A stretch of 64,000 nt of DNA, taken from positions 6,901,919-6,965,918 of the forward strand of contig CM082584.2 in assembly GCA_040954595.2 (NCBI GenBank). Reading direction: 5' to 3'. Shown here piece after piece: positions 12,555 through 22,200 of this stretch. Origin of the DNA: Balanoglossus misakiensis. Lineage: Eukaryota > Animalia > Hemichordata. The notes beneath the pieces are model-generated. The model did not search any database, was not told the origin of the DNA, and worked only from the letters and a program-made list of their open reading frames with translations. Position 1 is the first letter of the stretch; every line of letters begins with the position of its first letter. Position numbers and translations under genes: made by a program.

Positions 12555-15327
12555 ATGGTAAGCGTCTGTTTTTCAGCATGGTGTTGTTTGTTGGTGTCGG
12601 CGTGTCTCAGTGTGTCGACAGCGTCTGAAGGTGAGTCATATATACGACATTGCATAGCTTTGCTGGTATTGATCACAGACAAATCTTCGCCTGATCAAGT
12701 AATAAACCGCTGGGCCATAACTACATGTACTACTGGCTTAAAATTGTCATGTTTAACATTGAAGAGGGGAAGTTATGTCCTGAAAATCAGAGTATCTTTT
12801 TTTCTTGCTTGGGGAAGATACTACATCTCGTCACATGACGTTTGTACAGCAGTATAATGGCAAACAATTGGACGAACGCCAGCGATAAGCTCCGATATTG
12901 TAAACGTTTGGTGCTGAGCAGTAAGCCCTAAAGTGGCAAATCGTCTTCTTATTTGGTATATGAAACATGCCCTTTCTTGTAAAAACAAGGGGGTGAAAAT
13001 TGATCTCTGACAATACTGTTAAACGAGACGCAACCTAAAAAGCATGCATGGACGGAAATATTTGGTAAACATCAATGTTTTCCAAACTACAACTGAAGGC
13101 CTTATTCAAATTGGTAATCACACAGTTTCACAACCCTTTTTTGAGTTTCTGGTATATAGTTCCGCTTTCACGGAAAGGGCATGGTTTTCTATAGCCTATA
13201 ATCACTCCGCTGTCGGACTAAACATTATGTCACCGTGCTTGATTTCTCGATAGAGCAGGAAAACTATAACATGAGCAGTGGGAGAAAAGTGCCGACCCAG
13301 CATTTTCTACAATATGTAAGACCCCTTAACCGATAAAAGTAGCAGGGGAACACCCTGTTTTTTTTTAGCTAAGTTTGTATTAAAAATTAACATCGACTGT
13401 TGTTCTTAACACTTTTCCCTCTCTTCTATATTTTTATCATCACAGTCGCACCTGGACCACCAACTAAACTGGATTACAGTTGTCCCAACATGAACTGCAC
13501 GGTTCGATGGCAGCCTCCTGTGGACACGGAGGAGAAAGATATTCGCTATTCTGTGAAATACCAGATGTGAGTCACGTGATAGTTTTCCTCCGGAGGGTTC
13601 TCGATAGTTTCTTTACTCGCCACCCAATTATAGATTTTTAGAATGACGGCTGTTACTTTTGATGTAATATTTTTCTTAAACCTGTATTTTGCACTTGGCA
13701 TACAGAATTTATCAAGCGTGTTTAGTTTTCTCCATTTCCTATAGAACGTGTACGATTTTTTTTTCAGTAAGACCAAACTTAAAGATCCAATCCGTCTTCC
13801 AATTGTACAGTAAATGCTGTGTTAATTTTTGTTCGAAAAGTCTTAGACACTTTTTGCGTGAATAGGTACAACTTGATTGTTTCGTTACAAACGAAGTGAC
13901 CTACTTTCGATCGCAGATACAAATAGACGTACAAACGTTTCTCGTGTAGTTTCACTTTCGCTGGTTGTTAACGACAAAGGATCAAAAGACGACACCCACG
14001 AGCTTGCAGGCTTCATAATTGATGATCGATCACAAGTGAATCGTGAACGGAGATATGTCTTCTTTATTTTCCACAGCTGTCATGAGCTCGGCGCGGGCCA
14101 AGGGCTCATCGACAAACCCGAATGTGCCGAGGTGACGGAGACAGAGTGCACCCTGGGAGCAGACCTGGTCGATCCCAACAAGTATTGGTGCGTCTTCGTC
14201 GAAGCCGTCGGCGACAAAAGTGCCACCACAAGCATGTCCGAGGCGCCGGCCGTCATACATCCTTCCAATGATGGTAAAGACGTTCTCATTTGACACCACA
14301 TGCTGCTAAATTCGATTCCTCTATAAATTGTACTCGTCTCCAAAACCCAGAAGGGTTGAGAGTGGACTCACTTGAGGACCACACTCAGATTTAGCTAATA
14401 CCTCAGATATTTCATTTGTAACCGGTAAACTGTCGCCCATATTGCTTGACATCCTCTTTTTAGTACTAGTAGTAAGGTTTCAGTGACTTTTCGTCACGTT
14501 TTTAATTCCGTACGCCCCAAAGCAACGATTATTGTCCTTTTGACGAACGGCGATTTTGACACGCGTCATTTGCAATACATAATCGAAAGAAGGCGTTCTC
14601 CCATTTCAATTTTGGCAAGCTTAAACTTATTATCGGCGAAACATTTCGTTAACTGAGAAAAAGAAAAAACCTTACCCAATAATGCAATCTTTCAGCAACC
14701 GTGGATAGGCCAGAGATCCTACAGGTGACGGCTACAACCCATTCGATCTTCGTGTCGTGGAAGGCTCCCGAGACGCCGTACTGTGCTCCCGATGGCGCTG
14801 CATTGCGCCTCGACGACTTCCAGGTGGTGAAGTACAGTCTGACCAATTGGGTCGCGTCAGACTACAGACATAAAGTGAGAAACTCTCATTTTAGAATGGT
14901 AATTGGGTTAACTTAAACTCAATTACCACATCTTTCTTGATAATTTTCTAAGTCCTAAAAGCCAACACTCGATAAAAAATTCATACTATGCCATTCTTAT
15001 ACACTAATGAAGCCAGCCCAATATTACTAGTACGTCCCCCCGGACAGGGCCATAGAAGTATTCAAACAGTTTCAACCGAATAAAAATGAACTGGACAGCC
15101 CGTTTTTATCCTGAATAACCATCACTGTCATTACGTCAATGAGACATGATTTCTTACCTTTTGTACATGTTTTACTTGCCCAGCACCATCATGACGTCAC
15201 ACTGAAAAGGCATGTCAATCTCCACCACGGCATTCTTCCTGGAACAATCTATGAAATTGAACTCCAGGGACGGATCAACTCGGCAGATGGATCCTCAACA
15301 CACATTATTGTGAAAACCGAAGAATAG
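12555..15327 (+). CDS. Secreted class II helical cytokine receptor-like protein (signal peptide + two FN3 domains/D200; IL-22BP / tissue factor / IFN receptor family-like), 238 aa
   Basis: Exons: 12555-12630 (signal peptide, phase 1); 13446-13566 (APGPPTKLDYSCPNMNCTVRWQPP...YSVKYQ, phase 2); 14077-14273 (KPECAEVTETECTL...YWCVFVEA...IHPSND, phase 1); 14696-14874 (TVDRPEILQVTATTHSIFVSWKAPETPY...DGAALRLDDF...Y, phase 0); 15184-15327 (ILPGTIYEIELQG...VKTEE*). All junctions are GT-AG and in frame (717 nt). No WSXWS motif and no transmembrane segment. Confidence 0.85.
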
Positions 15328-18300
15328 GTATACGATGGTACAGTCCTTCCTACCGCATCCCGAATTTGGGGTCAAAGTCAAATGAGATAGGGGCCTTTGC
15401 CTCTCGGTACCAAACTAATCAACTTTTGAAAAGACTCAGTTTAGAAATACGTCATAGACAAATATGCATAGGTCAACGCCCGGGTCAACGTATTTTTTTT
15501 GAAGCGTCTACGTTTCACACCTCTTCCGAGAGGAAAAAATATCAAACACGTTGGATATTTTGCACAACGGCAAAAAAGTAAAAAAAATAACAAAAATCGC
15601 TTGCATACGAGAGGAAATTTGCTGATCAAAATTCTTCGAAAGAGTTTTTGCTCAGGTAATTTCTCTCTGGCGCCTCAGATTTTTGTTCACAAAGTTGTTG
15701 GTGGCATAATATAAACCAACAACGTTCGCGTATTACGTCATAGCTCATACTGCGCTATTTGCCATACCCGCCGTTGGTGGGGACATTTAAAAATCCTGAA
15801 CAGACCATACTGTCCATGTATGTCAGAACCTAGCCTCAATCTTTTGACCTTCCAAAGCAACTTTTGTACCAACAGGTGCGACCAGTCTAGAAATTATTTA
15901 AATTTTGTGACTTTGCTGTAAACAAGCGTCTACGTTTAACACCTGCTCCTAGAACGCAGAGCGCAATTGACCAATCACAAGTGCTGTGGACGGTCTACCA
16001 GCTTCAGGTGTGCGGAAAATAATAGGCAAATCAGAATCATCGGGATGTAAATTATTTAGCCCACGTGTCAAATGTTTTAGCGATGATTGGACAATGTAAA
16101 ATTCTGCGCTACGCGGAATTAGTTACTAAAGTTGTACTAATATTTTTTTCTTACAGTTTGGCTCCTGGTTGAAATAGATGGGTACATTTACACCACAATT
16201 ACCGCTGATTACCAGTGCAACTGCAGACGTTCGAAGCGAAGATCCCCAGAAACTGACCTCTTTACGAATTGTGTATTGTATTGCATTATACTAGGTACTA
16301 TAGTGACACAATTACAATAAACTGTTAAACAAGCGTGTACACCACTTTCAAAAGTTGGCATTTAAGCCGAATACTTTATTATTCACGGCATTAAATTTCC
16401 CAGTATGGTCCACGATTGCTCTTTGAGAAGGTATACGGATGGACACTCTCACCGTCACCTTTGACGTCTCCCAGTTCACACTACTATAAGCGCCCTCACA
16501 GACCAAAGTGATCTGTGGAAAAAACGCAACCGCGGAGAATTGTTCTAGAAAATATCATTTTATTCTCACGACTTTGTTATCACAATCTAATTTTTCAGCT
16601 GTTTTTTTTCTCAAAGCTGCTACAAAAATTTATAATTGCAAGCCATATACGCGTTACTTTCTGCAAATGATGACGGCTTTCTAAAGTTTACAATATTTAA
16701 CATAAAATATAAACAATACTGTGGCTTAATTTTGTCATTACAATAAAGTAACATTACTTAACGATTTACATCAAATTTGAGAAAGTTTGTCAACTTCATA
16801 TAGGATTTCACGTCTACACCATTCATGGCCAACCACGGACAATACACACACCCATCCAAAGAATCTCAATCACGACATGCGCCCCCAACGACACAATACA
16901 ATTCTTACTCACAAAAAGCTGCTTTATTTTCCGACTCCAGTTTTGTCCCTGTTGTGCTGGGTGCTGTTAGACATGCCCAATAACAGCCAGACACACATTT
17001 TGCAAAAATCGCTGAATAACTTTCACCGTCCTATGCTCTGAAAGTTTACTATTTTTTTCTCCATATTTTATTTTCAAACAAAAGCTTCCAGTTAATCTAC
17101 ATCTACTGCGATGTCCCACATTATGCTGCAAAGCGCCGCAGTACCACTAGGTACACAGTAAGAGAATATCTCTTGTGGAATTTTTAACGGGCATGAACTA
17201 AAGTGACAATTACGACCGGTTGTTTTTCTTTCCTACAGTTCTTGACTTCTCAGTCTTTCTATTCCTGAGAAAACATGAATGAAACGGGAAATCACGAAAG
17301 TATATCGCACAATCTTTACAAAAAGAACTGAACATATACTACAGGAACTAGCACCATTCAAACTCCGAGCTGCTAAAATGACACATTCTCAAAAATAAGA
17401 ACTAAAACGCTTGCCAATAAAATGACAAACGCACAGGGAAGGCGCTTCACTGGAACACATCTCCAAACAAAATATTCGTTTGATGTGTGACAAGTAAATA
17501 AACTGTGGAAGTCATGATAAGTTGGGTGGGGTGTTTTTTTCTGGGTAACAAAACAAATTTACAAATTCCTCCCTGATTCTTCTTATTATACAATTGAAAA
17601 TTGTGCATTTGAACGACAGATATTAGGAGTATTGTATCAGTGATGATTGAAAGTCACACTTGAATCAAAGGTCTGTGAAAAGTCAAGATATTTACTATCT
17701 TAGAAACGCTTATAGCTTTGATATCATTGCTTTGACAGAGGAGTATATATGGTGGCCAGTTTGGGCTTTATTGATGCATACCCAGACTTCAATTAAAATC
17801 TTTCTATCAAGCAGAGGTATTGCAAAATCTCATGTCTCTCAGAGACATTTCTTTGCTTTGCTTTGAAGTTCATTAATTTGATAGATTGCTGTCAATTAAA
17901 ATAGATCTCCGACTTCGAATGATATATTCACCCCTCTAGTCATCCCATCCTACCCCCCCCTCACAATTCAACGTGGTTTCACCCCTTTTTTGCAGAAGCA
18001 GCAGACTACACATGAAAATTCACATACGGAAATACAACTAACGATTTACACAATCTATTTCATGTATATATAGAAACGACTGACAATTACTACAAAAATA
18101 ATGTATGTATGGGACATTAAAAAAATAACACATCGCTGATGAAGGAACTTATCAATGCAGCCTAAATTTGAACTAGGTCACACAGGAGACTTTCCTTCAC
18201 TAGCCTGGGGGAACTTTTATTCAAATTGCCTATACAGGTCCACCAATAGGAGAGTCAGAATCTGTAATGGACCCCTAACTTACTATAAAAAAACCAGTCA

Positions 18301-19202
18301 GCTACAAGCAGACAATTAAAAAGCCCCCTAGCCCTCTGAAAAGTCTCAGGCTAGCAATCTAAGCTCTACCAAAACACCCAAACCCCCAGGAAGTCTAATT
18401 TTTCTTTCAAACACCAAAATGACAGCACCATTGTACTTGAACTTAAAGACCCACATATAATTTTTGACAGGTATGAAATATGCATAGTTCATTATAGTAC
18501 AGAAATTCGACTCTGGGCTGAGTGTTTTACTTCTCTGAACACATGCCATCAATCTTATTACTCACTGCCCTGGCTGAGAACTTCTCCTCGCCCTTTCACC
18601 CCCAGTTCCCTCTTTAGAGGTCCAACCTTATCACAGAAAACAATGGGTTTGGACTGAACCATGGAGGTGAAAGGGGTAAAGGACAACTGTTGACAAGGTG
18701 ATGTTGGAGGATGACACAAAAAAAGCACACTGAGAAAACAACATTTTGACATGTGCATGATTTTTTTTCCAAATGATACACAACAGCCTAACAGAGCGTT
18801 ATTCGATGGGCTGTATATGATCAGAAGCAACACATTTGCCTCCCATCTCCACTCCAAGGAGTTGTTTACCACCAGTTGCAAACAAAATACTGCCTGGAAA
18901 ACCCACATTGGTCTCAAGAAAATGATTGGAACAAAAAACAGGGGTTGGAAGAAAATGAACGAAAAATGAAATGGAAACAAGTGACGCAGGCTCAAAACCT
19001 GACAGAAAATATATTATATGTTTTTGAGTATATTGCCCAATGAAGGTAGAAGAATAGGGATCTAAAGAAAATAACAGACACTGACAGAGATAATCTGAGA
19101 ATGTCAAAATGTTGTGAAATAGCGCACGAGGAAGCGATTTCTCACGCCTCGTGTTTTCTTTCATGTGTCATCTTCCATATAGCGGTCTACAGATGTGTCC
19201 TA

Positions 19203-22200
19203 TCAGCCCAACAGATCCTGAATTTCTTGCTGAGCCATCTGTGGCTGCGACGTGCGCGGGACCGGGAGCCCGGTCTCCTGCAGCGCACCGGCCGAGACCG
19301 TCTGCTCCGGCGCGGCGGGCTGCTGCGTCTCTGCTGCGGTCGGGAGTTGTTGTTGTTGGTTTTGCGCTGGTGGATTCGGCGGCTCCTGCATCGCCTGGGC
19401 GTGCACGTCGGCGGGCGCGGTCTGGACTCGGGCGAGCGGCTGCGAGTGCTGGATCTGAGTTGCTAGCTGCGCCTGCTGCTGCTGCAGCTGCTCTTGCTGC
19501 AGCCGGAGTTGTCGCTGCTGCTCCGCGAGCTCGGCCTGCCGCTGCTGCTGCAGTTGCATCTCCTTCTCCCGCTGCGCCTGCTGGCGCTCCTTCTGCGCCT
19601 GCTCCAGTTTTTCTTCCAGTCGCTGCTGTAAATGCCTCCTGTAAATGTAGTTGTCGCCGTCTTCATAGAAGTGCTGAAGGGGAAAACGAGAGAAACTTAG
19701 CTGCAACATCAAACGAAATTTCACTTTGAACCTTGAAGACTCGTGCTTTCACAGCTAGGAGACAGCCAGACGATATAACAGTTCCATTTGACAAAATGCG
19801 CAGATCACTATAGCCATTTCACCACAATAGTTTGTTCAGGGTTCCGCCCATGCTGGACAGTGCCGCCAGCACACAAGTGAAAAATCCGACAAACAAAGCC
19901 TGCCAACAGGCACTATCGTCTACTCGATCCAGTCTATTGTCTCATTCTGATACACTGATAAATGGCTAAGACTTGCAACAGACGGATCCTCGACCGTTAT
20001 GCTTCAATGCATACTTTTTTCATTTGTAACTTCATACTACACACAGTATCAAACGCCAGAACTTCACACCCAGGGCGATTAAACCAATAAACATTTTGCT
20101 GTGAAGGACTGTGTCAGCATGATGCATCGTCACTACATCTACAAACAAGTTCTTTAAATTTCAAAATCTCTTCCAATTAAAAACAGCATAATAATCTACA
20201 AATAATTTTTTCGGCAAACAACATACCTTTGTTACCCACTTGGTTCCCGTTTCCTGCCGTTGCTTCCGTTCAGAACGCTGTCTCTCTTCCAGTTTGTGCT
20301 TGGCTGCCGTCGCTGATTCCATGTTCTTCATCTTCAAGTTATACGTCACGTCCTTCCACAACCTAAAAGGAAAACAAAATTATGTCTCTTTTGCCTCTCC
20401 AGACAAACGTTGGTAGTAACAATCAGAAACACAATATCTTTTTTAAAAAAATACTTACCTCCTGGATTCGAAGTCTCCTTGCTGGTCGATGGGTCTCACT
20501 TTCTTCTTGAAAGTTTTCATCGTGTACGTGTCTATGAAGACTTCAGTTTGCTGAAAGAGACAGTGGAACGAACATCATGTAAAATTCTCATTTTTTAGAA
20601 GCAATTTTGACATTAAAAGACTATTAACTTTAAATTCATTAATGTTTGATTTCATAATGTAGAGTACCGTACCTGGTAATTATATTTGGACTAAGGAAGT
20701 GAATAATTTTTTTCCTCTAAGTTTTATTTTAGCCTAGTTGACTTTGACTGACCACACAATCTTGCAAACAGCAAAGACACTTACCCCGTTCGCCCATTTC
20801 GCGGTCATGACGCCATTCCATTCGCCGGTGATGGTGAGAAACGGTTTACGATCCGACACGTGGCTGAAAAAATGTAGCAAAATGCTCAGTGAGAATTGCT
20901 TCATCATGGTCTGATAGCAATTCAAGCCTGTGAGCTGCATCTCAATAAAATTTGTTATAAAGCTTTAAATATCACGAATAATCTCAGAAAGGCTTTTTGA
21001 AAATCCACACTGTAAGGAGACATTGCCACGTCTTAAGACTTACGACACTTCCGCTGTGATCCTGTGCCTGCTGCCGCCGTAGAAAGGCTTGGTATGGAAG
21101 ACCACCGTGGAGCCGAACCCGGTCTTGGCGCACGATATGCTGCATTTCCCACCCATCTCGAACCACGGCACGGTCAAAATAGAACGCCCATAGCCGTTGG
21201 GAAACGTCACCATGTATTCTTCATCGTGCTTGAGGTCAGATACAACACCTGCAGGAAAAATAAGGGGAATACGTTATAATGATAATAATATCATGCATAC
21301 CTTCGTAGTCAGTGGCTTATGCTGGGTTGATATTGTTTTTTAGTTGCACACTGTTCCACTAACTCAAGCATTCTTACCCGAGACCAAAGCATAACAAAAT
21401 CTTGAAATCTCTGCTCACCTTGTCCGATCATCTCCACACCAATAGAAAGTCCTAGAAACTTCGACTTTGTCCATATATGGGCATTCAACGAGACACCTTT
21501 GTTGTAATTTTCAGCATAAAAAGCAGAAACTGGAAAAAAAATCCCCATGGAAAAATAAATGTTTTTATTTTCCTTGATACAATGATTTGAAGCATAGTGG
21601 TTACAACAGATCTAAATGTATCATTGCATTTCATGCAATCTATTACAGTCACTTGGAATTCTGTGTAATGGAATTATTGATGGATAAATCTACTTACTTG
21701 GAGGATGGTGCGAGACTTGTTCGGCGAGTACTGCCACATTGTCCTTGGATGCCCACGGAACAGGGCCATCAGGAACCAAATCCTGAAAATTTTACAGAAC
21801 ACCACAAAAAAAACATCAGGATGCAAAATGGACAAAACGTGAGTCAATTCAGAGACATTAAGATACCAGGTCCCCCCGCTTGCATTACTTGTAGTTCAGA
21901 GACAGTCAGTCAATCGGCAACAGTGCTCACAAACAAGTCAACAAGTTCACACACCTCTTGTGTCTGTTCCTTGCCCTCTGACGTTTCATCGGAGAAATCG
22001 TACAGACACTGGAAGGTCTCTCCGATGATCGGATTGTAAGGTTTCTTGGCTACAGACCCCTTCTTGCCGGCATGGAACGCCGACAGAAACCACTTGGTCA
22101 CCTGGACTATTCGATCCTTGGGATCTTCATAGTCTGGTATACTGTAAGATCAAACACAAACATCACACAATGCATTAAAATTAGATGCTCACATTAATAT

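Noticed and set aside
13446-15327. Class I cytokine receptor or generic adhesion-type FN3 interpretation
   Set aside because: There is no WSXWS motif and only two FN3 domains. The C-x7-C motif, linker and D2 loop fit class II better, although the intron phases alone would not separate class I from class II.
15502-15953. Imperfect ~30-bp direct repeat aagcgtctacgttt(c/a)acacct near 15502 and 15924
   Set aside because: Only two intronic copies, with no further structure; probably a repeat remnant.
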